A stretch of 22,093 bases of DNA from the NCBI GenBank assembly GCA_041288095.1, contig JBGGMJ010000113.1, positions 1-22,093 on the forward strand. The letters run 5' to 3'. This DNA is from Myxococcota bacterium (GTDB lineage Bacteria > Myxococcota > XYA12-FULL-58-9 > JALHOP01). Positions 1 through 9,043 of the stretch are shown piece by piece. The notes under the pieces are model-generated. The model saw only the letters and a program-made list of their open reading frames with translations. It did not search any database and was not told where the DNA came from. The position numbers and the translations under genes were made by a program. Numbering within the stretch: the first letter of the stretch is position 1; every line of letters begins with the position of its first letter.

Positions 1-1770
1 ACCCGTCGCACCCACGCCGTAGAAGAGGGCTTGGCGACCAGCCGCGGCGGTGCGCGAAGATCCACGAGCCATCGTGGAAAGGACATGTCCAGCGTATTGG
101 GCCCCGGCGAGAGGCGCGAACAGGAACGCGTCACGCACGTAGTCGGAGCCATGAAACTCGCCTTGGCGGACTTGGTTCAAGCTCGTGAACGTGACGCTCT
201 GGGCGAGGACGTTCGCGGCGGCGACCCGCAAGGTGGAGCTAGTGAGTCCGGACACCGCGGCGGACGCAACGCCGCCGACGCCGAAAGAGACCGTGGCGAA
301 CGCCGCCGCGGTCACGACCTCGCCGCCGATGGTGCGCCAGTAGCGGCCGCTCTCCTCGCTGCTCATGCGACGGGCAAGCTCGCGCCCCGGTGCTTCGCTC
401 GGCCCGACGATCTCGCGCATTGCGGCTCGGGCTTCGTCCGACAGCCCCGACCCTGGATCCGCGGCGCGCTGGTGAATGTCGCGCGCGACTTCCTCGGGCG
501 AACGCAGCGCGAACGTCAGGAACATGCCGGGTTGGTCGGGGATCGGATGGAAGGCCGCGATCTCACCACGCGCGCGCCGCTGCTCCAGCTTCGCCTCGGT
601 CTCGGGCTGGGTCGGCGAGCCCGCGATGTCCGGACGCGCGATCGGCACACGCGCCGCGGTGGCCGCCGCGAGCAGAGCCTGCGAGCTGTCGCGTGGCACA
701 CCATCGCCGCGCCACAGCGCCATGGCGACCTGGAGGTGGCCCTCTTCCGGCGTAGCTCGCCCCGCGGCTGACGCTATAGCGGACCTGTTGGCGGCGCGCA
801 TGATGCCGAGGTTGGCGACATCGGACGCGTGGCTTGCCGGGAAGAGGTAGTTGCCGACGCCGCGATCACTGCTGAAGCCAGGCTCTTCGGTGAGAGCAAC
901 GCGCTCTTGGCCGCGCAACACGCGCAGCGGCGTCTGACGATACGTTGGTGAAGCCAAATACTGCTGGATGGCCTGTCGGGCAGGAGCGCCCCCGGCTTCG
1001 AGTCGCGTGCGCGCGAGCTGCATCATGCGCTCGGGCGTGACCTCCGCCCAGCTCGTGACGCCGAAGTGCGTGGGGGCGACCCGATTGTGCTCGACGTCGT
1101 TGTTGACCGACCAGACCGCGGCGTTGGCGCGCAAAATTGCCGCGGCGGCGTCGTTGGGTCGCAGACGGCCGGTGAGACCCCAGCCGTCGTACATCTCGAC
1201 GAAGCCACTAGCGTGGGAGCTGTCGAGGACGAGCTGGGTGCTGCTTTGATAGGTCTGCGCGAGTCGTTGGGCGCGCGCGACCGCGGCATCGCGCTCCGAC
1301 AACGGCGGGCTCTGGCGAGCGCCGGCAAGGCGATCGAACGGGATCGTGATGTCGCCCGGGTGTGTCGCGAGGATCGCCTCGAGACGCGGCAACACGCGTG
1401 CGACGGCAGGCTCACGAGCGCGCGACCGCAAGCTCGCGACCATGGCGCGTAGCTCACCCGTCGGGACACCGCCGCGCAGGGTTTGAATGGTGCGCGTACT
1501 GATGCCGGCGTTGGCGAGATCAGTCGCGAGCTCGGCGCTCGCGTCACGGCGAATGTCGAGTGGCGCGGTCGTCGTCTCAGTCGGCTGGCGAAGCTGTAGC
1601 GGCGGGGTGACCTCTGAGCGCGGCACGACCGGCGCGGCAGGCACTACGGCCTCAACGCTCGCGACCCGGGCCTGAGCAGGCATGGTCTGCGTCGCGCCGC
1701 CGGCGGGCACAACCTGGCCGAGACCCTCTCGCGGGGGCACGCCAGGCCTTAAGGTGAGCGGCTCCGACAC
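1..1770 (-). CDS. Large hypothetical protein, at least 590 aa, 3' end truncated by the window edge
   Basis: Manual translation gives a stop-free minus-strand frame from GTG at 1770 (in-frame TGA at 1776-1774) to base 1: MSEPLTLRPGVPPREGLGQVVPAGG...GFVEMYDGWGLTGRLRP...GVGNYLFP...YWRTIGGEVVTAAAFATVSFGVGGVASAAVSGL...QALFYGVGATG. It is missing from the ORF track because no stop lies in the window. No family recognised. Confidence 0.85.
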   Translation of the reverse strand, partial: MSEPLTLRPGVPPREGLGQVVPAGGATQTMPAQARVASVEAVVPAAPVVPRSEVTPPLQLRQPTETTTAPLDIRRDASAELATDLANAGISTRTIQTLRGGVPTGELRAMVASLRSRAREPAVARVLPRLEAILATHPGDITIPFDRLAGARQSPPLSERDAAVARAQRLAQTYQSSTQLVLDSSHASGFVEMYDGWGLTGRLRPNDAAAAILRANAAVWSVNNDVEHNRVAPTHFGVTSWAEVTPERMMQLARTRLEAGGAPARQAIQQYLASPTYRQTPLRVLRGQERVALTEEPGFSSDRGVGNYLFPASHASDVANLGIMRAANRSAIASAAGRATPEEGHLQVAMALWRGDGVPRDSSQALLAAATAARVPIARPDIAGSPTQPETEAKLEQRRARGEIAAFHPIPDQPGMFLTFALRSPEEVARDIHQRAADPGSGLSDEARAAMREIVGPSEAPGRELARRMSSEESGRYWRTIGGEVVTAAAFATVSFGVGGVASAAVSGLTSSTLRVAAANVLAQSVTFTSLNQVRQGEFHGSDYVRDAFLFAPLAGAQYAGHVLSTMARGSSRTAAAGRQALFYGVGATG

Positions 1771-1776
1771 GCGTCA

Positions 1777-1804
1777 ATTCTATCGAAAATGCTTATCTTG
1801 TCAC
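1777..1804 (-). promoter_or_regulatory. Candidate promoter for the large orphan ORF (GTGACA-N16-TAGAAT)
   Basis: TAGAAT at 1782-1777 lies 6 nt before the GTG, with GTGACA at 1804-1799, in an AT-rich patch. This spacing would give a leaderless transcript. Motif match only. Confidence 0.4.
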
Positions 1805-1881
1805 TGTTCAACAGCGCCTACGCACTGCAGCGCTGGCGCTCGGTTGCCCGTTGACCCGCCCTGGGAGTAGAGAGGCGCCCC

Positions 1882-3285
1882 ATGAGCACCCCCTATGACG
1901 TCGTCGTTATTGGCTCTGGACCCGGTGGCTACGTGGCCGCCATTCGCGCCGCGCACAATGGCCTGAAAACGGCCCTCGTCGAGCGTGACGGCCGCTTGGG
2001 CGGCACCTGCGGTCTGCGCGGCTGCATCCCGACCAAATCACTCCTGCACTCGGCCGATGTCTGGGAGGAATTCCAGAAGGCCAAGAAGAGCGGCGTCCTC
2101 GAGGGTGAGGCCTCGCTCAACTTCGACAACGTCCAGAAGGAGCGCGCCAAGGTCGTCGAAAAGAACTCGGCCGGCGTCACCTATCTGATGAAGTCGAACA
2201 AGATCGACGTGCACACCGGCTGGGGCACGATCACCGGGCCGAACGGCGTCTCGGTGAAGGGCGACAAGGGCGTAACCGAGCTGACCGCTAAAGCGATCAT
2301 CGTCGCGACCGGCAGCGTCGTGCGGCATCTGCCTTTCTTGAAGACCGACGGTCAGAAGGTCGTCACCTCGGACGAGATCTTGGAGCTCAAGAGCGTGCCC
2401 AAGTCGCTGCTCGTCTTGGGCGCCGGCGCCGTCGGTACCGAGTTCGCCTCCGTCTACAAGCGCTTCGGCTCCGATGTGACGCTGGTCGAGATGATGGACC
2501 GCGTCTTGCCAATCGAAGACGAAGAGGTGAGCGCCGAGCTCGGCAAGGCTCTGCGCAAGCGCGGCATCAACATGATGACCGGCACCAAGCTCGAGAAGGC
2601 CGAGGTCACGAAGAACGGCGTCGCGTGCGTTTTAGCGGGCAAGGATGGCAAGTCGCAGAACCTCGAGGTCGAGATGCTGCTCGTCGCCGTTGGTCGCGCG
2701 CCGGTGACGCAGAACATCGGGCTCGAGAAGGTCGGCGTGAAGATGGACAAGGGCGGCTACATCGAGGTGAACGAGCACCTGCAAACCGCGGTGCCATCGA
2801 TCTACGCCATCGGTGACATCTTGCGTACGCCTTGGCTCGCGCACGTGGCTTCGGCGCAGGGCATCAAGGCCGCCGACCACATCGCCGGCAAACACGTCGT
2901 GCCGTTGAACGTGAATCGCGTGCCCTCGTGCACCTATTGCGATCCCGAGGTCGCGAGCGTCGGTCTCACCGAGAAGACGGCGCGCGACAAGGGCTACGAC
3001 GTGCAGGTCGGCAAGTTCCCGTTCTCGGCCATCGGCAAGGCCCGCATCATCAATCAGACCGAAGGCTTCGTGAAGGTGGTCTCCGAGAAGAAGTACGGGG
3101 AGATCCTGGGCATCCACATCATCGGACCGCACGCCACCGATCTCATCGGTGAAGCCATCGTCGCCTTGCAGCTCGAGTCCACCGCCGAGGAGCTCGCGTT
3201 CACGGTGCATCCGCACCCGACGCTCACCGAAGCGATGATGGAAGCCGCGCACGCCGCCGCGGAGGGTCGCGCGATCCACATGTGA
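1882..3285 (+). CDS. lpdA: Dihydrolipoamide dehydrogenase (E3)
   Basis: FAD motif YDVVVIGSGPGGYVAA, redox disulfide GGTCGLRGCIPTK, NAD motif GAGAVG, IYAIGD, and C-terminal HPHPTLTE. Confidence 0.97.
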   Translation: MSTPYDVVVIGSGPGGYVAAIRAAHNGLKTALVERDGRLGGTCGLRGCIPTKSLLHSADVWEEFQKAKKSGVLEGEASLNFDNVQKERAKVVEKNSAGVTYLMKSNKIDVHTGWGTITGPNGVSVKGDKGVTELTAKAIIVATGSVVRHLPFLKTDGQKVVTSDEILELKSVPKSLLVLGAGAVGTEFASVYKRFGSDVTLVEMMDRVLPIEDEEVSAELGKALRKRGINMMTGTKLEKAEVTKNGVACVLAGKDGKSQNLEVEMLLVAVGRAPVTQNIGLEKVGVKMDKGGYIEVNEHLQTAVPSIYAIGDILRTPWLAHVASAQGIKAADHIAGKHVVPLNVNRVPSCTYCDPEVASVGLTEKTARDKGYDVQVGKFPFSAIGKARIINQTEGFVKVVSEKKYGEILGIHIIGPHATDLIGEAIVALQLESTAEELAFTVHPHPTLTEAMMEAAHAAAEGRAIHM

Positions 3286-3340
3286 TCGTGGTATCTCGTT
3301 GGTCTCGGGTCTGCGTTGGCAGACGCGCGTAGGGAGCTGC

Positions 3341-4279
3341 ATGCAGGTCTTCGGAGGCAGCAAGAGCGTCGCGGCGGGCAGCGGTCCGTACGCCGTCGGC
3401 CTCGGCATCTTCGATGGCGTGCATCGCGGGCATCGGGTGCTGCTGGGGAAGGTGCTGGAGCTGGCGCAGCGTGACGGCGTCCAAGCGCTCGCCTACACCT
3501 TCCACCCGCATCCAGCGCACCTCTTGGCGCCAAAGAGCGCGCCGCAGCTCATCGAGCCCATCGAGACGCGGGTCGAGCGCTTGGGCGGCATGGGCTTTCA
3601 AGGCGTCCTCGTCGAGCCGTTCACGCGTGAGCTCGCCGACATGCCGGCGGAGACCTTCGTGTTGCACGTGTTGCTCGCGAAGCTCCAAGCAAAACACGTC
3701 GTCGTCGGCAGTGACTTCGCGTTCGGCAAGGATCGCGGCGGTGACGTCGCGTTCTTGCAAGGTATGGGCGCGCGCCTCGGCTTCGAGGTGCACCCGGTGC
3801 CGCTCCTCCAGCACGCCGGCACCCCTGTCAGCTCGACGCGCATCCGCAAGCTCATCGCCGCCGGTGCCGTGCGCGGCGCGAACGATCTGCTCGGCCGGCC
3901 CTTTGCCTTGTCGGGTATCGTCTTGCGCGGACATCAGCGCGCCACCGGTCTCGGCTTCCCGACGGCGAACCTCGAGCCGCACAACGAGCTGATGCCGCTG
4001 CCGGGTGTTTACGCGGCGCGCGTGCAAGGACCTGTGTCGAATGCGCCCGCGGTCGTCAACGTAGGCTATTCGCCGACGTTCAACGTGGGGCGGTTGCGGG
4101 TGGAGGTGCACCTCCTCGATTTCCCACCTCGGCCCTTGTATGGGCTGGGCCTGGACGTGGACTTCATCGATCGGCTCCGCGACGAACAACGCTTCAACGG
4201 CGTCGACGAGCTGGTCGATCAGATCAAGCTCGATGTCGCCGCGGCGCGCCGCATCTTCGGCCTGTCGCAGTCGTCATGA
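3341..4279 (+). CDS. ribF: Bifunctional riboflavin kinase / FAD synthetase
   Basis: GIFDGVHRGH, TFHPHP, VVGSDFAFG, VSSTRIR, LGFPTAN, GVY, EVHLLDF, RLRDEQRF. Start placed at ATG 3341 (GGGAG upstream) rather than 3299. Confidence 0.95.
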   Translation: MQVFGGSKSVAAGSGPYAVGLGIFDGVHRGHRVLLGKVLELAQRDGVQALAYTFHPHPAHLLAPKSAPQLIEPIETRVERLGGMGFQGVLVEPFTRELADMPAETFVLHVLLAKLQAKHVVVGSDFAFGKDRGGDVAFLQGMGARLGFEVHPVPLLQHAGTPVSSTRIRKLIAAGAVRGANDLLGRPFALSGIVLRGHQRATGLGFPTANLEPHNELMPLPGVYAARVQGPVSNAPAVVNVGYSPTFNVGRLRVEVHLLDFPPRPLYGLGLDVDFIDRLRDEQRFNGVDELVDQIKLDVAAARRIFGLSQSS

Positions 4280-5097
4280 CGTCGCGGTTCGCGCTGGCTG
4301 GGTCACCGATCGCGCACTCGCGATCACCGGTGATGCACCAAGCGGCCTTCCGGGCACTCGGCATCGACGCGACGTACGAGCTGCGTGTGACCGAGGTCGA
4401 GGGTCTCCCTGGATTGCTCTACGAGCTGCAGCGCGGCGTGTGGCAGGGCATCAACGTGACGACACCCTTGAAGACCGAGGTGGCGCGTCATTGCTTGTGT
4501 GATGACGGCGCGGCCCGTGCCGGCGCGGTCAACACCGTGTGGCATGCCGGCGAAAGCCTCTGCGCCACGCTCACCGACATCGATGGGGTTCGCGAGCCAC
4601 TGACGGCGCGCAAGGTCACGTTTTCGCGGGTCGGCGGCGAAGCCGTGATTCTCGGCGCGGGTGGCGCTTCGCGAGCGGCGGCGCTGGCGCTCGCAGCCAT
4701 GGGCGCGCGGGTGTCGGTCGCGGCGCGCGACGCGGGCAAAGCTCAGGCGGTGATCGATATCCTGCACGAGCACGAGCGCGGCGAGGCGATGCCGCTGGCC
4801 CGGATGGCGGCGCCGGGAGCGCTGCGGGACGTTCGCGTCTTGGTGCAAGCGACGCCGCTTGGCCGCAACGGCGAGTCACTGGCGCTGGATTGGGAAGGGA
4901 CGTCGCTGGTCGCCTTCGAGATGCTCTACACGCCTCGTGAGACACCCTTTTTGGCGTCCGCTAAAGCGGCCGGGTGCGCGGTCGTCGAAGGCTGGGAGAT
5001 GTTACTCGCGCAGGGGGCGCGGTCATTCGAGCTTTGGCTCGGCGTCGACCCGCCGCGGGACGTCATGCGCGACGCCTTGCTTGCGACGCTCGCCTAA
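4276..5097 (+). CDS. aroE: Shikimate dehydrogenase
   Basis: GSPIAHSRSP, GINVTTPLK, GAVNT, TDIDG, GAGGASRA, GWEMLLAQG. ATGA overlap with the ribF stop. Confidence 0.93.
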   Translation: MTSRFALAGSPIAHSRSPVMHQAAFRALGIDATYELRVTEVEGLPGLLYELQRGVWQGINVTTPLKTEVARHCLCDDGAARAGAVNTVWHAGESLCATLTDIDGVREPLTARKVTFSRVGGEAVILGAGGASRAAALALAAMGARVSVAARDAGKAQAVIDILHEHERGEAMPLARMAAPGALRDVRVLVQATPLGRNGESLALDWEGTSLVAFEMLYTPRETPFLASAKAAGCAVVEGWEMLLAQGARSFELWLGVDPPRDVMRDALLATLA

Positions 5098-5140
5098 TCG
5101 CGCGAGAAGACATGCGGAATCATCGAGCCAGGAGTGCGCC

Positions 5141-5587
5141 GTGACCGCCGTAGCCACAATCGCGTCGAAGGTCCCGAGTCTGTCGCCCAGCGACACCGTG
5201 TCGACCGTCATCCGCATCATGGCGAAGACGCGCTTCCAACAGCTGCCGGTCGTGCGGAAGGGCGAGCTCGTCGGCATCGTGAGCGCTCGCGATGTCCTGC
5301 AATCCGTTGGGCGCAATCAGACGAACAAGACCGCCGGCGACATCATGACCCGCAACATTCATACGATCGACGCTGACGAGCACACCTCAATGGTCGCGGC
5401 TCGGCTCGTCGAGGAAGCGATCGGCTGTCTCCCGGTCTTGCGTAAAGGCAAGCTCGTCGGGCTGCTCACCTCGGCGGACCTCCTCGCCCACCTGGCGCGT
5501 GAGCAAGGTGGGACGAAGGCACCGGCGGCGCGGAAGCCGCGTACGGCCAGCCGCGCGAAGACAGCGGCGCCGAAGCGACGGCGCTAG
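5141..5587 (+). CDS. Tandem CBS-domain protein with basic C-terminal tail
   Basis: Two CBS repeats (LPVVRKGELVGIVSARD; LPVLRKGKLVGLLTSAD). GTG 5141 follows AGGAG at 5130-5134. The longer 4859 start overlaps aroE. Confidence 0.88.
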   Translation: MTAVATIASKVPSLSPSDTVSTVIRIMAKTRFQQLPVVRKGELVGIVSARDVLQSVGRNQTNKTAGDIMTRNIHTIDADEHTSMVAARLVEEAIGCLPVLRKGKLVGLLTSADLLAHLAREQGGTKAPAARKPRTASRAKTAAPKRRR

Positions 5588-5606
5588 CGTTCTGGCGGTT
5601 TGGGCT

Positions 5607-6947
5607 TCAGAGCGCGGAGTAGACGGCTTCGTAGGCCGCGACTTGGTCCTGGATGTCGAAGGCGCGGCGGGCGCTCTTGAATCCGTCGGCCCGTGCTGGC
5701 GGGTCGCGGAGAAAGCGTTCGGCGCCCGCGGCGATAGCGTCGGGCGTGGCGTCGGTGAGCGCGCACACTTCCGGGACCGCACCGAGTAGGCCGGCGGCTC
5801 CGGCCGAGCACGCGACGACTGGCAGACCCGCGGAGAGATAAGTGAGCGCCTTGACGGGCGCGCCGACCGCGAGCGTTCGCGTCACGAGACCAACGCTGCA
5901 TGCGCGCAGGTGAGTGGCGAGCTCGTCCGCTGAGCGGTAGCCGACGTGCTCGACCCCCGGGTCCCGAGCCAGCGCACCGAAGGTTTCACGTGGGTGATTG
6001 CTGATGAGGCGCAGCGTCAGCTCGGGCGTACGCTGGCGCAGCAGCGCGAAGGCGGCGCGGAGGAGCTCGAGGTTCTGGTACGGGTCGGGATTGCCGGCAT
6101 AGGCGATGCGAGCGGGCCGCGCGACACCGGGCTCCGGGCTGGGCGCGTTGGTTTGCGCCAGCTCGTCCATGGAGAGTCCCAAGGGGATGACGTGCAGGCG
6201 AGCCGCCGACACGCCGGCGTGCTTGAAGCGCGCGGCTTGCTCGCTGTCGAAGCAAATGACCGCTTTAGCGGTCTTAGGAAGGGTGCGCTCGAAGGCCGCG
6301 CCTGCGACCTTCGCGGCGCGCCGGCCGATGCCCGTGCGGGCGTACAGAGGTAGCTCGGACTCGAGCCGGGTGTGCGCGTGGTAAACGAGTGGCACCTCCA
6401 TGAGACGGGAGGCGACGGCGCCGATGCTCAAGGCCTCGACGTTGTGGACGTGCAGCAGATCGATCTCGCGCGTCGCGAGAAGCTTCAGGGTGTGACGCAG
6501 CAAGGCGGCGTCGGCGGCTAGCCGCGCGAGGCTCGGGCCACTACGGAGGCCGACGGGGGGTGTCGGCGCCCGGTGCCAGGCGACCCGAGGATCGAGCTGC
6601 GCGACGAGCGGCTCGGACTCGCCGTAGGTGACGAGGTGCACGGCATGACCAGCGACGGCGAGCGCGTTCGCCAGATGGCGAATGAACACCTGGGTCCCCT
6701 GATGCGAGGGAAACGGACAAGCGGCGATCATGGCGATGCTGCGGCGCGGACCGGAGCTCACACGCGTCGCGGCATCGAGCTCCTGGGCGCCGCGGGACGC
6801 GAGCTTCGAGTCGCTGCGGCCGGCTGGAGCACGGGTGCTCCGACTCCGGCGGGCTGCTCGATCGTGTTTGGCCGCGCTTGGAGCGGCCTCCTTCGTGTCT
6901 TTTATAGCGGACGGGCGCCGGCCCTCATCCGACCCGGAGCGACTCAC
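5607..6947 (-). CDS. GT4-family (GT-B) glycosyltransferase
   Basis: SIAMIAACPFPSHQG, GHAVHLVT, DLLHVH, VIPLG, YAGN and APVKALTYLSAGLPVV. GTGA overlap with the parB stop. The first ~70 aa are low-complexity, so the start is uncertain. Confidence 0.85.
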   Translation of the reverse strand: MSRSGSDEGRRPSAIKDTKEAAPSAAKHDRAARRSRSTRAPAGRSDSKLASRGAQELDAATRVSSGPRRSIAMIAACPFPSHQGTQVFIRHLANALAVAGHAVHLVTYGESEPLVAQLDPRVAWHRAPTPPVGLRSGPSLARLAADAALLRHTLKLLATREIDLLHVHNVEALSIGAVASRLMEVPLVYHAHTRLESELPLYARTGIGRRAAKVAGAAFERTLPKTAKAVICFDSEQAARFKHAGVSAARLHVIPLGLSMDELAQTNAPSPEPGVARPARIAYAGNPDPYQNLELLRAAFALLRQRTPELTLRLISNHPRETFGALARDPGVEHVGYRSADELATHLRACSVGLVTRTLAVGAPVKALTYLSAGLPVVACSAGAAGLLGAVPEVCALTDATPDAIAAGAERFLRDPPARADGFKSARRAFDIQDQVAAYEAVYSAL

Positions 6948-7846
6948 GGCGCAATGGCGTCGAGCAGGCGATCGAGCTCATCCAACGAGTGGAAGAAGAT
7001 CTCGATGCGGCCCTTGCCCTGACGGTGGTGCAGGCGGATTTTGGTGGCGAGCTTGCGCTGGAGGCGCTCTTGCACGGCGACCTCGGCGGGCGACGTGGCC
7101 CCTTCGGCTGCCTTGGCGGCCGTCGGTTTCTTGGCCAGGCGGGCGCGCTGCTCGGCATCACGGACCGAGAGCTTGCGGGCCACGATTTCGTCGGCGAGCT
7201 TCTGCATCGCCTTCGGCTCGGCAAGCTGCATCAGGGCGCGCGCGTGACCGGCGGTGAGCCGACCATCGGCGAGCATGTGCAACACGGGCTCGGGCAGGTT
7301 GAGCAATCGCAAGGCGTTGGTCACGGTCGTGCGCTTCTTGCCGACCGCGGCGGCGACCTCGTCTTGGGTGAGCTGATGCTCGCGGATCAGCCGCTGGTAG
7401 GCCTCGGCCTCCTCGAGGGGATCGAGGTCCTGACGTTGCACGTTTTCGATGAGCGCGACCTGGAGCACGTCGGTATCGGCGAGCTCCTTGATGACCGCCG
7501 GGATCTCGTGCAGGCCGGCTTGCTGCGCTGCACGCCAGCGACGCTCACCGGCGACGATCTCGTAACCATCACCGAGACGGCGAACGATGATCGGCTGCAA
7601 GACGCCACGCGTCTTCACCGACTCGACGAGCTCGGCAAGCGCGTCGGCTTCGAAGTGTTTGCGCGGCTGGCTACGGTTGGGGTGCACCCTCTCGATGGGC
7701 AGCGCACGAAGACCGGCGGGCGCCGGCGTCGTCGGGGCGGCACCCGGGATCAACGCGGCAAGGCCACGCCCGAGCGCGGCGCGCTTGGGAGCGCCCGTGT
7801 CTTTGTTCTGGTCCATCATGCTGCTCCCGGCGTTCACGTCAGTCAT
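6944..7846 (-). CDS. parB: Chromosome partitioning CTPase ParB (Spo0J)
   Basis: KRAALGRGLAALI (ParA-stimulating peptide), PNRSQPRKHF, GVLQPIIVR, YEIVAGERRWRA, ALIENVQRQDL, and an HTH ending TTVTNALRLL. Confidence 0.97.
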   Translation of the reverse strand: MTDVNAGSSMMDQNKDTGAPKRAALGRGLAALIPGAAPTTPAPAGLRALPIERVHPNRSQPRKHFEADALAELVESVKTRGVLQPIIVRRLGDGYEIVAGERRWRAAQQAGLHEIPAVIKELADTDVLQVALIENVQRQDLDPLEEAEAYQRLIREHQLTQDEVAAAVGKKRTTVTNALRLLNLPEPVLHMLADGRLTAGHARALMQLAEPKAMQKLADEIVARKLSVRDAEQRARLAKKPTAAKAAEGATSPAEVAVQERLQRKLATKIRLHHRQGKGRIEIFFHSLDELDRLLDAIAP

Positions 7847-7867
7847 CTCGGCTCGTCCTACGGTTTC

Positions 7868-7909
7868 TCGGCTATCGGTCTTCGGCTATCGGTCTTCGGC
7901 GATCGGCTC
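7868..7909. repeat. Heptanucleotide tandem repeat, 6 x TCGGYNN
   Basis: TCGGCTA TCGGTCT TCGGCTA TCGGTCT TCGGCGA TCGGCTC in the parA-parB spacer. Confidence 0.9.
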
Positions 7910-7917
7910 ATCCGCCA

Positions 7918-8700
7918 TCAAGCAGCGCTGTGCGCCATAGCGGACTGCTCCAACATCTCACGCGCGAGCTCGAGGTAGCTTTGGCAACCACGCGAGCCGA
8001 CGTCGTAGAGCAAGATTGGCTTGCCGAAGCTGGGCGCCTCGGACAGGCGCACGTTGCGCGGGATCACCGCCTTGAAAACCGGACCGCTGAAATTGGCGCG
8101 GACGTCTTCGGCGACCTGACGCGCGAGGTTGTTGCGCGCGTCGAACATGGTGAGGAGCACACCTTCGACGGTGAGGTTCGGATTGGGACCGGCTCGCACC
8201 ATCTCGAGGGTGCGGGTGAGCTGACTCAAACCTTCGAGCGCGTAGTACTCGGTCTGCAGCGGGATGAGCACCGAGTCAGCGGCGCACAGCGCGTTGAGGG
8301 TGAGGACGCCAAGCGACGGCGGGCAGTCGATGAGGATGATGTCGTAGTTGTCGAGGACCGGGGCGAGCGCTTCCTTGAGACGCGTGTAGCGATCGCTCTG
8401 CTGAATGAGCTCGATGTCGGCGCCGTAGAGGTCGGGGCCCGAGGCGACGAGGTGCAGGGTCGGCAGCTCGGTGGAGCGGATGAGCTGACGCACGGCGCGA
8501 GTGCCCGCTAAAGCGGCGTACACGCTGTCGTCCATCGGTTGCGGGCCGATGCCCAGACCACTGCTCGCGTTCGCTTGAGGGTCCATGTCGACGAGGAGGA
8601 TGCGACGCTCGGTGGCGGCGATCGAAGCGGCAAGGTTCACGGCGGTGGTCGTCTTGCCGACGCCGCCTTTCTGATTGGCGATTGCGATGATCTTGGCCAT
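7918..8700 (-). CDS. parA: Chromosome partitioning ATPase ParA (Soj)
   Basis: MAKIIAIANQKGGVGKTTT (deviant Walker A), DMDPQANAS, IDCPPSLG, EYYALEG, IPRNVRLSEAPSFG. ATG 8700 has GAGGTG upstream, so the 8877 start is an over-extension. Confidence 0.97.
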   Translation of the reverse strand: MAKIIAIANQKGGVGKTTTAVNLAASIAATERRILLVDMDPQANASSGLGIGPQPMDDSVYAALAGTRAVRQLIRSTELPTLHLVASGPDLYGADIELIQQSDRYTRLKEALAPVLDNYDIILIDCPPSLGVLTLNALCAADSVLIPLQTEYYALEGLSQLTRTLEMVRAGPNPNLTVEGVLLTMFDARNNLARQVAEDVRANFSGPVFKAVIPRNVRLSEAPSFGKPILLYDVGSRGCQSYLELAREMLEQSAMAHSAA

Positions 8701-8791
8701 GCGGGTCACCTCACGATGCACACTAGCTTGGTGATCTGACGATCTCGGGGCCGGACATAGTGCGCGGGGATCGTGCTTGGGAAGCGGGCGC

Positions 8792-8806
8792 GATCGTTTT
8801 TGATCG
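8792..8806. promoter_or_regulatory. GATC-RTTTTT-GATCG motif, copy 1
   Basis: GATCGTTTTTGATCG upstream of parA. The sequence is directly visible; a regulatory role is inferred. Confidence 0.55.
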
Positions 8807-8842
8807 TCCGCGGAGCTGCTGGGCGCATTTGGGCGCTTGGTG

Positions 8843-8998
8843 CAGCGAGCGGGGCGACTGCGCCTTGCGCTCCTCACTCGTCCACGTTCGCGCGTTTTTC
8901 GCCGGCCATGGGTGACCTCGCCTGGGACCGCCCGACGAAAAGTGCGCGACCGCGGCCGAGCTCCGGTGCTCGGCTCCGTCGCCCCTCTTCGCTCACTG
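8843..8998 (-). repeat. Rod-shaped palindromic element, copy A (REP/ERIC/MITE-like or ncRNA)
   Basis: 8844-8875 and 8960-8994 match the reverse complement of 9228-9259 (27/32) and 9114-9147 (29/35, one gap). Internal hairpin spans 8877-8960, and GGGGCGAC 8851-8858 pairs with GTCGCCCC 8978-8985. Confidence 0.8.
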
Positions 8999-9021
8999 GC
9001 AATTGGGCGCAGCTGGGAATC

Positions 9022-9043
9022 TGATCATGATCATTTTTGATCG
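9022..9043. promoter_or_regulatory. GATC-RTTTTT-GATCG motif, copy 2, with overlapping TGATCATGATCA palindrome
   Basis: TGATCATGATCATTTTTGATCG between the two inverted elements. Confidence 0.55.

Noticed and set aside
1332..1345. GATC-N6-GATC (GATCGAACGGGATC) in the orphan ORF
   Set aside because: Lacks the T5 spacer, and GATC is common in this DNA.
31..1870. Track ORFs such as 31..771, 476..850, 1066..1452 and 1023..1547
   Set aside because: Shadow frames of the long minus-strand ORF 1770..<1; Arg/Ala/Pro-rich with no motifs.
4928..4945. CCTCGTGAGACA parS-like half-site in aroE
   Set aside because: Poor match, explained by the conserved Y-x-P-x-E-T-P protein motif.
7868..7909. CRISPR-like array
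   Set aside because: 7-bp tandem units with no spacers, and no cas genes in the window.
8701..8877. N-terminal extensions of ParA (also MnmG 13898, MnmE 15193, RibF 3299, CBS 4859, LspA 20385)
   Set aside because: Longest-ORF artefacts; family motifs and SD or promoter positions support the downstream starts.
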